Source: Octopus vulgaris
Taxonomy: Eukaryota
Direction of reading: 5' to 3'
NCBI GenBank assembly: GCA_951406725.2
Contig: OX597830.1
Coordinates: forward strand, 49,538,001 to 49,602,000
DNA: 64,000 nt
The translations under genes were made by a program, and so were the position numbers. Position 1 is the stretch's first letter. Every line of letters begins with the position of its first letter. The notes under the pieces were generated by a model. That model was not told the origin of the DNA. It made no database searches and saw only the letters and a program-made list of their open reading frames with translations. Of the stretch, positions 43,538 through 57,326 are shown in pieces.

Positions 43538-45403
43538 ACTCGCCATCCCTCAATCTTTCTATGTATCGATGTATCTCTCTGTTTATCTATTTGTCTTTCT
43601 ATCTACGTGCACATTGAGACAAACAGATACAATATTGGACATTTAGTTCGTAGCAGTGCAGTCTTACTGTGAGCATTGCATCACGGCCATCATTTGTAGT
43701 GTAGAGGTTGTTGTCGTGAACATTACATTAACCTTAGCAACACACGTACATTGTACATACACCCACACAAAACAACTATATAGCACACTGAAGACAACCG
43801 GGCCAGTGAAGTAGCCCTGATGTGGTCGCACTCTCTGCTAGAAATGTGAGACAAGTCTCCCTCTAATCACAATCTATCGTCTTAAAATTAGAACAATGCG
43901 TTGAACAATGTATTCGTAATGCATAAATCCATGGGATGAGCATGGCGGGGATACTTTCATCGTGTGTCTTGTTAGTGGGAAATGATAGAGGGTTCAAGAA
44001 AGCCATAAAATGATGCCTGTACGAGCCACAGAAGAGGGTTGCACAAGGCGCTGGACCTCTAGAAACAGCACCCAAATCTCCCTTAAATGGAGTAAATTAT
44101 ACCTGAACAAACATAGACCAGATGATGAGGCTACAGTGACACGTATTCACTCTTTAAGGACAGTCTTAGGAGTAAACAACAACAATTAATGGCTGTAATT
44201 ATATCTTACCTGATAATTAAATCAAATCACCATTCTCCGATTACATTTGAGCTGTTGTTAATTGGTTAGAATTTAATTAGGTGATTAATAGTCAATTCCG
44301 TTTCATAGAATTAACTAGAAATATTGATTTATCATCATTTAGCACTTTACCCATTGAGCCATGCAAGCGAATTCATTAATATCGATTTCAAAGATAGGTA
44401 TGAGGCCTTAAATTTAGGGAAAGGGGCACAGACGTTTACATCTAACCCAAAATTCAACTGGTGTTTTATTTTATCAAACCCAGAAAAATGAATGGTAAAG
44501 TTATACTCGTGGAGATTTGCAACACCAAACAAAAGTGAGATATTAAGTCTCTATAAGAGAGAGAGAGAGAAAGGGAGAGAAATTACGAAGGTGGTGCATA
44601 AAGTATATAAAATGCATTACATAATCATCGTATTCCAGTTTCAGTTTTGAATGAATAGTAGGTGAGCGGCTATCTTTCCATTCAGACGCAACACGAGCTA
44701 CATTTCAGTGGGGTGGATAAATCTTTCAGAAAAAGCCTAATAGGTTTACCATCAATTCCGAAAAATATTCACCGGTCTTGGTAGTATGAATTGTTCTTAG
44801 AAATTACAAAATTAGAAGAGGATGGATGAATTTAAAATCCGTTTATCAACTTTTTAACAGTCCACTGTAATTGGAAGTATTTTCAGTGTTTAAACATAAT
44901 TCTTGTTTCACAATACGCCTGGTTCAATTTATTATTATATATAATCACAACGGTTTATATATCTGAATGATAGTTTTTGAGATCATCTCTTAAAGCAAGT
45001 TTTCAGATTACTTGAATATATTAAGTGTGGTTAATATTCTTCTACAAACATATGTTGCATCTGATTGCCACCAGCGAAACGTTTCATCTATTCGCCATAT
45101 TGTGTACAAGTAAATGTTTTCATTATAAAGGAGTTTTTAACGGGTCATTCAAAATCCACCAGGTGATTTCAACTACAAAAGAAGCCGACTTCATTTGAAG
45201 AAATATCTAACATTCCGTAAGGGATTTAGCATCTGTCCCAAACAGCCCTTTGTTACTCAAAAGAGTTTTGTTCTTATTGTTGTTTTTAAGTAAATATTCT
45301 TTGAGTGACATTACCTCAGAAAACAGAGAAGTGGAACACTCAGGCATACAAAGACATGTGTGTGTGAGTTATATATATGAATACATACACGCACACCTAT
45401 ATA

Positions 45404-45481
<78 letters not shown>

Positions 45482-45482
45482 A

Positions 45483-45516
<34 letters not shown>

Positions 45517-45559
45517 ATCTATCTATCTATCTAAATCTATATATATATATATATATATA

Positions 45560-45595
<36 letters not shown>

Positions 45596-45601
45596 TCCAT
45601 C

Positions 45602-45642
<41 letters not shown>

Positions 45643-46122
45643 TATGGTAAATTCGAAAACTAATTTCTGTGTGTCAGTATGTCACACTTTCTCCCCCTCT
45701 CCCACAATTCAGTTACACTTCTACTGTTTGTTATGCTGGGGTATAGAGATGGTGAGGGCGGTGGCTAAGACAGACAGACGGAGAAAGAGGGAGAAAAAGA
45801 AAAAGAGGGAGAGGAAGAGAGACAAAGAAATTTAGGGAGAGTTGATGAAGTTTTATTAAAAGTAGTAATGTTGATGGTGGCAGTGGGTGTCATAATAAGA
45901 GAAAGAGAGAGAGAAAGAGTGGGTATGTGAGGGGAAGAGGGAGATGATGTGCAACTTTGTTTAACTATGTCTCGTTGACAGAAATTCCTGTGGCCAACAT
46001 ACTGAACACTGAACTAACATACTGAACCAACGTACTGAACCAATATACTGAACATAGAATTCTTTTACACACACATTTTGCTTTTTGCTTTTATCATTTT
46101 TGTTTTATTTTTGCTTTCTTTA

Positions 46123-46932
46123 ATCTATATATATATATAATAAATGCGAAAGCACTGCTACTAATCCTGGTGCTTTATTCTCCTTTCATTATTCATTGAC
46201 ACTTCTACTATTCGTCGTACTCTACCCCTCTCTCACTTAAATGCGAAAGCTAATGTCGCTGTGTCAGTGTGTCACACTTTTTCAACTTTATTCTTTCGAC
46301 ACTCTCTTTCACTATTCAATGACACTACTACTATTCCTCATGCTTATTCTCGGTAACTGTTTCTGTTTTAAACCATAACACGTGTTTTATAACTCTGAGA
46401 ACTGAAAGCGCTTGGAAATTTTTTTGGACATTTATTAAAGTTTATACACAATTTGTGAAATATCTTCCTAAAGGTTAGTGCCATTCTACTCTCTAAAAAA
46501 GTTTCTTTCTTAATCCTAACAGTTTGGAAAAAAAACTTGTCTCTAAATATTATAACTGTAAACCATAACACTACCCTCTAAAAAGTTTTCTTGTTAATTC
46601 TAACATTTGGAAAAAAAATATTACTCTAAATATTGCAACTATTTCCAGAAGTAATTTCCAAAATAAACATTTTGAAAAAAATCTTTCTCTAAATATTATA
46701 ATTGTGTCAAGTAATTTAACCTTAAAACGTACTTCATAACGTTCGGAACTGAAACACGTATTAAGCTCACTCTCTCATACACTATTACCTCTCATAACTC
46801 TCTACTGTAAAAATGGTGGGAACTTAGTATTTTTTCAGATATTAATAAAATTTGTCGGACCTCTTTTCATGCTGTCGGCCGTCGGAGCTATGGAAACTTA
46901 GCTCACTGAAACTGCATGAAAATAGATTCGAC
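46123..46932 (+). mobile_element. Helitron-like non-autonomous element with internal minisatellite and terminal hairpin
   Basis: Starts TCTATATATATATATAATAAATGCGAAAGC (motif repeated at ~46238, related at ~45652). ~85-bp repeats at 46490-46705. Inverted repeat at 46854-46932. Confidence 0.4.
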
Positions 46933-48187
46933 TAATATATATATATATATTGTTGTATTTACGAATGGTCATTTTGCCAGTTTAGCCAAATATATACATA
47001 CATACATATATATATATATGTATACAGAAACAGGCACACAACCGCACATATGTAGGGAGGTCGCAAAGTCGCGTACAAGATAAGTTCAATACGTTCTGGA
47101 ATGGTAATGAACATGCTTCAATCTTTCTAATATTGAGTAAGATAAGATAATGATGTTTACACTTGTAGATGAGGAAAAAAATGAATCTTATGATAATTCT
47201 GCTTGTTTCTCATTTACCTAGACCGTTTGTAACGCTTCCACGTGATCAAATGGAGGAGAAGAAGGATGGGAGGGAAAAGGGGGATGGGAGGGAGAAGGGG
47301 GATGGGAGGGATGGGAGAGGGAAAGGTAGAAGGGGAAAAGAAGGTGGGTCGAGGTGGTAGTGAGTTCTCCTCCGTTACTTAGCCAGTCTGTAACACTTTT
47401 ACGAGATTAGTTGAACGGAAAGGCGAGGAGGGATAGAAAAGGTGTGAGATAAAAGACGGTAGGCCGAAGAGTGAGAGAAAGATGGAGAGTGCTGTGTATT
47501 AAGTCTATAAAATTATGCATAAAGTATATACAGTGTATACATAAAGAGCATTAAGTAATCATCGTATTCCAATTTCCTTCACTTTTCAATGAGTAGCAGA
47601 TGAGCGACCATTTTTTGATACAGAAACAACGCAGGCTACGCTTTCAGTTGTTTTGGATAAACGCAGTGTGTGCATACATTTATATATGTTTTCTTCAATA
47701 AATCTTCATAGTTTAGTACTTGATAATTGTTGTTTCCCCGGTGAATCATTGTCAAAGTCTTCCTATATGTGCATGTGTGCGCCCTTTACTGGGTGAGCAA
47801 ACTGCATAACAATGGCAGATGAACTTTTTGTTTTTGTTAGCAATAACTGTTATGCCGTACTGGTACAAAACGAAAATGCTATGTTTAACTGAAATAATTA
47901 TCTGAAGCAACAACCTCACAGCACTGGCAGCCATGCATAATAGAGCTTCGCAGGGAATACAGTTTAATGTATATATAAATTTGTATATTAAAGTTCAATT
48001 CTAAAAAAAAAAAGAGAGAAAATATTGGCTTCCAATGTTTGAAAATTTATATGAAACTAGACGAGCTTATGTGGTTAGTAAGAATTGCTACAGGGATCAA
48101 CGAATCAGCCCTCCCCCCGTTTTCACACACATACAACCACACACACACACAAACGCACACACACGCATGCACTCACACAAATTACTT

Positions 48188-48231
<44 letters not shown>

Positions 48232-48702
48232 TGCACATTTCATATATGTATTTATACATATGCATTCGATTATATATATATATGTACACACTCCATTATA
48301 ATATGTGTATGCTTGTGATTTTATATATATCATGAACTTTGATGATTACGGTGATAGATAATGTTTTTTCTTGCTTTAATGGTAGAAACAGTTGGGAAAC
48401 TCAGAGTTATCCGCAACAGCATTTACTGACCTTTTAGAAATTAGCAATTTCCTTTAGATTAGAACCAATAGACATTTTTTTTATTAACATTTATATAATA
48501 ATTTCACAGTGGTTATTACCGGCATAAGGATTTATAGATGCATATGTACACACACACACACGCAGACACACACACACACACACACTAATAGCCACATACA
48601 TACACATATATCTATATAAACATACATATGCACAAATATCCATCCACACACAAATATGCAAATATGAATGCACACACAGATACACGCATACATATATATA
48701 TG

Positions 48703-48860
<158 letters not shown>

Positions 48861-51210
48861 TTAACATACATATGCGCATATATCCATCCACCCGCAAATA
48901 TGCAAGTATGAATACACATACACACGTGTATGGGTGTGTGTGTTCAGTCAGCCTCTGTATGTATCTTTTAACAAGGTATCTTTTCTCCCTTGGTAAATGT
49001 GAGTTCATTAAGCGTACATCTATAAAATAATTTCCAATTTGTCTACATGTGCGTCTAACCACCCGTAAACTATATACCTTCTGATATGATACTGAGGAAA
49101 GCCAGTGGCTGAATCATTAAATATCCGTTATTTTAATAAATACCAGTAAAACGAGTTATTTTTGTGAAGAGCAGAACCGTGTACACGACAGCAATAATTA
49201 GAGGAAACTAGTAGAACTGTTCTCCAGTCGGCTCTTCGGTTCAGTAGAAAGTGTGTTGTGGTTTTAGACATATGATATATTTATATATCCAATCTAATCT
49301 CTTTATTATTCGAACAGATGTAAATATATTTATTGTTTATCCACCTTCGCGCTGCCTAGGAATTTTGCTCTTTGTGTGTGTATGTGTGTGTGTGTGAGTG
49401 TGTGTGTGTTTGTGCGAGAGATAAAAAGAGAGGGAAAGAGCGAGAGAAAGTGTGTGTATATTGAGCTATAATAACTCAAACTTTCGGGAGAATGTGACAT
49501 AAATTTTGGATCAGTATATCTTGAAGCTGATAAAGCTATAAATAATGGTATGTAAATATTACGTCGAAGGTTAAAACATTTTTGGTAGAAAAAATCAAAC
49601 ACCTTTCAAATCTACACAAGATGTTGGTTCTCGTCCTACGGGTACTCTTCGATATTGTCTGTCCCAAAGAGCTTTTCAGTCCAATATATACATTTATAGC
49701 ATAGTGTGCTTCGAAATATATCTCATCTTACGTTTAGAAGCGATGCACAGTATCAGAATTTTCGACTCTAATCAAGTAAACTACTCCAAATTCTTATCAA
49801 AATATTTGAGCAAGTGGAGTCTGGACTGGCTTGCTTGTACTGACGCCAATTCGTATAAGTTGTAACAATGAAATCAAATATTGATATTTATAAATCATTT
49901 AATATGTACGTTTTCAGGTCTGCATAAGATATACTAAGACACGTATCCATTACACAAGATCTTCCTCAGTTAATACATTTCAAATAGTTTGAAATGTTTC
50001 AAGCCATTCAAATAAAACAATTCAAAATATTTTGAAACATTTTCACTGAGAAAGACTTGCATAATAGTTCAATTTCCTAATATATGCCACATAACCTCAC
50101 AAAACTAGAAAGAGACTAAATAATTCATTATTAATTAAACGGTCAACGTACTGGTTTCTCAAGAACATAAACTACATTTAAATTACAGAATAAGCTAATA
50201 TATAGTTTAAATCAACACATACATCTAAGAACTATAAATATTTAAAATTACTAAAGCAAATTTATCATAACAAAATTATTCTACATATAAATAAACACAA
50301 CGTGCTGCATAGAAATTAACGCCAAAATCCAAAAGACTTACCTATCTATAGGTGGAAGTAATACAAACTCCCCAAAGGAATTGATGTTTTTCATAATAGT
50401 GCATGAAAAAGCGCCATCTTCCCCCTACACCGCCGTCATAGTAAAACTCAATGGTGATAACTATCCAGCGGAAGTGACACTCTACACAAGAGAATGGCAA
50501 CTAACCACCCAAAAACTGCTAAGCAGTGATTCAACGTTTAGTAAGAAAAACTAATACTCGTTTCAATTCCTTGTCCAGCTTGTTCATATTGTCATAAAAT
50601 TTCACCATATTTCCCTAAGCAACGATTAAAAGATATAACCAAACTTTTACTACCCTTAACATTTTAACCATATCCAAAAGTATTCTAGCATTATATATTA
50701 TTCTACCATATCTTATAACTTGATTGAAAAGCAGATAACCTATTCAAAGAGGAATTCTACTCTCCGCCCAAGGCAACGATTCAATGCGGAATTTATAGCT
50801 ATTAGTTTTATTATAAACGCTAGTCACCATCTTACCACCTACACAAACTCTCTTAACATCTAAATAGTTATCCTCATTTATGGAGTCACCATTTCCAGTC
50901 GCTTCGAGACCCGCTAGATATATTTTCCTAGAAAATATTGAGAACACCTGTAATTAGGAATTAAAATATCCTCGACATATCTGAAGTGTTTACTGAGCTG
51001 TTTAAGCAAACATATTTTTTTCCTTCGGCATCGATCATTAAAGTTGAAGTCGCACGAAGACAAATACAATCTATTAAGAAAGCGCCACGATTACCATCCA
51101 TCGGATTTCCCTTAAATTGTCTAAAAATCTTTTCAGAAAATGAAATACATGCGTTATAAACCATAAAGTTGATGACCTTCTTGTGTCTATTTTAACTAAA
51201 ACATGTATAG

Positions 51211-51328
51211 CCATTATATCCATACAAAAAGCCTATACCATTTTAAATATATCCATTATATCCATACAAAAAGCCTATACCATTTTAAATATATCCATTA
51301 TATCCATACAAAAAGCCTATACCATTTT
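51211..51328. repeat. 42-bp tandem triplication inside the PLE fossil
   Basis: Units of ccattatatccatacaaaaagcctataccattttaaatatat start at 51211, 51253 and 51295 (third copy partial). Confidence 0.95.
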
Positions 51329-51353
51329 ATTATAGCCTTTATTAAACACAATA

Positions 51354-51712
51354 GGAAGCACTCCGTCGGTTACGACGACGAGGGTTCCGGTTGATCCGAT
51401 CAACAGAACAGCCTGCTCGTGAAATTAACGTGTAAGTGGCTGAGCACTCCACAGACACGTGTACCCTTAACGTAGTTCTCGGGGATATTCAGCGTGACAC
51501 AGATATACAGGTACAACAGAAACAGGAAGTAAGAGTGAGAGAAAGTTGTGGTGAAAGAGTACAGCAGGGACCACTACCATCCCTGCCGGAGCATCGTGGA
51601 GCTTTAGGTATTTTCGCTCAATAAACACTCACAACGCCCGGTCTGGGAATCGAAACCGCGATCCTACGACCGCGAGTCGGCGGCCCTAACCACTGGGCCA
51701 TTGCACCTCCAC
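51354..51712 (-). mobile_element. SINE with head D and tail 3, nested in the PLE RT, 13-bp TSD
   Basis: TSD attaaacacaata at 51341-51353 and 51713-51725. Head as at 7690-7857; tail as at 28883-29030. Confidence 0.92.
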
Positions 51713-53304
51713 ATTAAACACAATATCAATTACAGTAAATCTATCTTCTTCCGTTCTTTTGAAATCGAGATTAGTATACAAATTAGAACAGTTGCAGACA
51801 TGCATGTTCCCAACTGAATCTGACTCTTTTGGAGTTTAAGAGTCAGGAACCAAAATGCCATATATGTTTACTACAGAATTGTTAAAGATTGGTCCGCACT
51901 ACCTCATAAAGTACGAACAAACCGCATATAAGCTTCAGTAAGCGATAGAAATAGTTGTTTGATAGTACATTGGTATATTATGTAATTTAATAATCCAAAA
52001 AATTTGGGATATCTGTAAATTTTTTCTTCCACGTTGGAACCATTTAACTTTCCGTTTCGGGAAGTTCCTTATTATCTCGGTAGCCTTATCCAATACTATG
52101 TTATATATACTATTTTAAACCAAAGTAATTACCTTCTTCCAACTCGTCATTACGTAATATTTTTTACAGATAATTACAAAAATTCTCTGTTGCTTTATCT
52201 ACCGCTTCTATAACGTACTTACCATATAACTTGAATACTCCTTAACTTCAAGTTTACTTAAAACTGATTTACTTCTTATCAAGCTGTTCGTAATTTTAAC
52301 ACGTTTCAGTGACAAATTTGCTATTCTATTCCACCAGTTCTCAAATTCCTATTCTTTAAGTCTGTATTTAAGACGTAACTATAAAATCATCGCTAATCGA
52401 TTTTAAAATAAACTCTTCTAATCTATGTCTACTAATATTACACCATTCCCTACATTTCGTAATCTTATTTATAATAGCCTTCTCATATTTAATAATATCA
52501 AATTTCCTCGTATAAACATGTCTAACTTCATTATAAGATAATTCAGACTTATCAAAATAACATGTTCCTAGATAGATGCTCCTAAAGCTTTCTAGGTTAT
52601 AATTCGACGAAAACTTACTATAGTTAATCTATCACCTCTATTCCAACCTAGTGTAAAGCTAATACGTATATTTACATTCTTAACATCAACTGCTAAAAGG
52701 TTCTGTGTCATTCCTATCCTTAATATTGTCAACGGAGCAACGAATAAAAGGTATCATCATTCATTTTATTTAAACTTTTCTTGATTTCTCCTTCGCCACT
52801 TTAATCAGTCTGTTACAAAAACTGAAGCTAAAAGTTTCTTAATTTCGAAAAGGGAACCCTCTCTGAAAAAAACGGTATTTCGAATCCCTCCCTTCATACA
52901 ATTTCTCAAATTTAACCTAAAATGCAGAAATATCTATTTCCGACCTGTTTATTCTATTTAGCTTAACACCATGGTTACACTTTCTCTTTAATACTGGCTG
53001 TGAAAATACACATTCACTCGAGTCAGACTTGAAACGTACGTATTAAATGATATCAAAGTATCACTGTTTGGTTTGATTTCATTATTACCACTTTAAATAT
53101 ACGTATGCATTCATATACATACATACATACATACATACATACATACATACATACACACACACACAAATACTAATATTAAATGTATACATATATTCATATA
53201 TACACACACATACGTATTGTATGTATAAATATATATATATATACATCTCCCCACTCAGAAAGTAAATGTATGCTTAGGCGTGTGCACGCGCGCCATAGTG
53301 TATG

Positions 53305-53367
<63 letters not shown>

Positions 53368-54648
53368 GTGTGTGTGTTTATGTTTTTAGATGCCTGTGCT
53401 AAATGTTGATATTTCAATATCTCCCAATACATATTTTACAAACATAATAGGCTCTTGAAAGAGGAAATCAGAAGACGAAACTTCATCAAGTGCAGTGAAA
53501 AGAGATTGAATAAATAAACACAGTGATGTGCAGGAAATATAAACTGTAGAGTCTTCAGAAATAACATTGAGAATAACAGAATAAAAGAGAAGAAAAAAAA
53601 AACGATGTAAAAATACTGAATATTGAAGCGGAGTAGAAGCGGGCGGAGGGAGAGACGGTTATTGTTTTTTCTAGTCTTTTCTAAGCTAACACATTTTTTT
53701 TTTGGCTTGATAATTTAAAAGAATCTAAATTCATTTGTTTTCAATCAAGAATATTTGATATTCGCCATTACACTGTAGATGTCAATACAGCAATATATTA
53801 CAGTTTGAAATCAATACTTACACAATGATATTCATTTGGATCAATCTGTTACAGATATATTCTTAAGCATGCGTGCGCACGTATTTTGTGTGTAAGATCT
53901 GACTATGATTTTAAACTGCCTCTGGCAGAGCATCACTGCTTTGGGAATTCCAGGGTTTTGGAGAAGTGTGGAACCACCTCTTAGTCACTATTGCCCTAAG
54001 GTATAATCTAACCCAGAATAGTAGCACATGTCAGGGTCCCAGGTATGGGTCAAGTAGCATATTAGGACTTGCCTAGCAGTGTATGTGAAGACTGTCTGGC
54101 AGAGGGAAAGGTGTCTGCAGTAACGAATCGCAGAGTGTAGAGGACAAGATGACGTAAGACATGTTTGTCATTCACTACATCTGCTTCCATTGGCCCCACC
54201 CCAAACTTTCGGGTCTTGTGCCTAGAGTAGAAAAGATTCCTTGTCCTCATGACTTGGTCGTGTCACCAGGTCGAAGAGGATCGCGGATGAAAGAGTGGGT
54301 TTGAAGTTGCACAAATGTTCTTCAGTTTAAAGAAAGTCACAACACAAGGCATCAGTCATCCTTAAGGATACTAGAATGTCTTTGACGCCTTGACGCACGA
54401 AATCCATCCGTGTGTACTCGAGTAATTATAGTGTACTATTCACTCGTACCCCTAAGAAGTAAAGAACTTATTACAGTTGTGAATTTAATCTGGGAATTGG
54501 AAGGTTTAGTACGCCACGAGAAGTTATGGGTTTGTACTCGTCTGATAATCTTGTGACGGTCAGTACAGGATGATCAGGAGCGCGCGCACACTCACACACA
54601 CCTCTACCTGTCAACCTATATCTTTATCTACCTAGCTCTTTATCTCCA

Positions 54649-54738
<90 letters not shown>

Positions 54739-54789
54739 ATTTCTATCTATCTATCTATTTATCTATCATTTTCCAACATGTGGAACCAT

Positions 54790-54960
54790 TCATCCAGAAT
54801 CAGTTTTTCTGTCTCCATAATGTTTTGCTCTCTCTTTCTCCTCTTTTGTTCCTGCCACCCCTATCTGTCGAAGAGCATAAGCTCGATACATCAAAAGCTT
54901 TTCTATTCTCCCCGAGCATCAAACCAACAAGCATCTGCTTGTTCTTCCCGCACGCGTCTC
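54790..54960 (+). mobile_element. Decayed copy of the CTGTCGA hammerhead-like family
   Basis: ctgtcgaagagcataagctcgatacatcaaaag...cccgagcatcaaac matches 15660-15745 and 59690-59775 in reverse. Confidence 0.55.
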
Positions 54961-55045
54961 TGTCTTTCGATTTCTGTAAATTTGAACCATATCTATCCAT
55001 CTACCAGGATTAGTGGAACTTTGCAAGAAGAAGAAGAAGGAGGAG

Positions 55046-55695
<650 letters not shown>

Positions 55696-55719
55696 TTAAT
55701 AACGATAATAATGATAATA

Positions 55720-56370
55720 GCCCTGATGCAGTACCAATGCCCTGATGCAGTACCAATGCCCTGATGCAGTACCATGCCTTGATGCAGTACCACATGCCCT
55801 GATGCAGTACCATATGCCCTGATTCAGTACCAGGCAGTGGCTCTCATGGCTCCTGATCTTAACTGATTGGAAGTGTTATCGTGTACATTGTGTTGTCTTG
55901 GTATAAAAGATGGGCTACAGCAAATATTCTGCTCAAAACCACAGATTTGCTTGTCAGCTGTTTGACCATAACCAGTTGAGCATGTCCCTTAGTGGCTGAC
56001 GATATGTGCATCTCTGACCACGAGCAGAAGTAGTGGGGGAGCATCATAGCCATGTGTTGAGAGGGATTCTTTGGGGTTTGAATGATTGACCTCTGGAAAC
56101 ATGGGTGTTTCATTCAACATCCTTAAACAACCCTTAATCAGGGACCTTTTGAGTGGGATGGGTTACCCAACCAGAATAAAATTCTAACTGGGCCCCACCC
56201 GCAAGGTCATGCGCTGTTTATCTTGGTATGAGATCACCATGTCGCGCACATATGGCTGTGATGCATGTGCCTGGTGTACCCTTATCAGACAGGTAGTCAT
56301 GATGGGTATACTAGGCTTCGTATATTAGTACCCCAGTGTTACTTTGATGGCAAGCACTGCTCTCTCACTC
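55720..56370 (+). mobile_element. ~650-bp non-coding element embedded in (TAA)n, with six 5' tandem 18-20-mers
   Basis: gccctgatgcagtacca x6 at 55720-55832. Ends ctctctcactc-aataataat. Second copy at 35894-36333. Confidence 0.8.
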
Positions 56371-56389
56371 AATAATAATAATAATGATA

Positions 56390-56672
56390 TGTATGATAAA
56401 ACAGATGTCAGAAACATCTAGTTAACATCTCAGAAGAACCATGTCTCAGAGAAATCCAAAAGATTGCGCTGACAAGTGCTGCCCACAACCTTAGAAAATG
56501 CCTATTTATTCAAATCTCTGTGTAGTTTTACATTTAGATATTTCGCTACTAATCCTGCCACTTCCTCGTCCCAAGCTTTCAGTCTTATTGTAACATCTCT
56601 TATCGTTCACTCGCCTTAGGTCGTTGGGTATGTCTCAGAAAGTGATTGTAACAAGCATGCAGAGTAAAATAA
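56390..56672 (+). pseudogene. R4/Dong 3' fragment, second subfamily
   Basis: QKHLVNISEEPCLREIQKIALTSAAHNLRKCL, a distinct 3' UTR, then (GAT)n/(AAT)n. Confidence 0.75.
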
Positions 56673-56675
56673 ATA

Positions 56676-56707
<32 letters not shown>

Positions 56708-56722
56708 AATAATAATGATAGT

Positions 56723-56760
<38 letters not shown>

Positions 56761-56798
56761 TAATAATTATAATGATAGTAATAATAGTAGTAATAGTA

Positions 56799-56904
<106 letters not shown>

Positions 56905-56920
56905 TAATAATAATAATTAC

Positions 56921-57220
56921 TACCAGCCAGTGCGGGATGAGATAGGAAAGTTGTGGGGCATGAGGAAAGAAATGGTGAGGCCGGTGGGAATTGGAGCATT
57001 AGCAACAGCTTCCAAGGGCTCTGAAAAACATATTAATCATATTGGAGCTGCTGTCAGGCTCGAAGTGATCCAGGTAACAGCATTGTTGGGTACAGCTCAC
57101 GTTCTAAGGAGGGTATTGTCTCTTTGAGTTAGAGAAGAAGGCACCACTTGAAACCTTTGGAGATTTGTTATTGCCTGCTACCAAGTAAAGAATAACCGGT
57201 AATTAAGAACTTTCTTTCAG
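56921..57220 (+). pseudogene. R4/Dong 3' fragment, third subfamily
   Basis: YQPVRDEIGKLWGM..PVGIGALAT...IQVTALLGTAHVLRRVLSL*, its own 3' UTR, (AAT)n on both flanks. Confidence 0.85.
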
Positions 57221-57262
57221 AATGATGATGATGATGATAATAATAATAACAACAACAACAAC

Positions 57263-57326
<64 letters not shown>

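Larger units (their letters stand above)
50540..52770 (-). pseudogene. Decayed Penelope-like element reverse transcriptase, probably Naiad/Chlamys-type
   Basis: Colinear minus-strand motifs: MIPFIRCSVDNIK (~52760), TCYFDKSE..RHVYTRKFDIIK, KYVIEAVDKATEN/VIICKKYY (52227-52150), IPNF/WIIKLHNIP, CSNLYTNL (~51790), KIFRQFKGNPMDGN, FRYVEDIL (50985-50962), NYLDV..VTSVYNKTNSYKF..LPW.ESRIP, QVIRYGRI. Confidence 0.85.

Noticed and set aside
50744-50746. In-frame TGA in the PLE thumb as a possible selenocysteine codon
   Set aside because: The element has many other stops and frameshifts and the position is not an evident Cys site; decay is the simpler explanation.
55720-55832. CRISPR-like short repeats
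   Set aside because: No unique spacers (only 1-3 nt between units), no cas genes, eukaryotic context.
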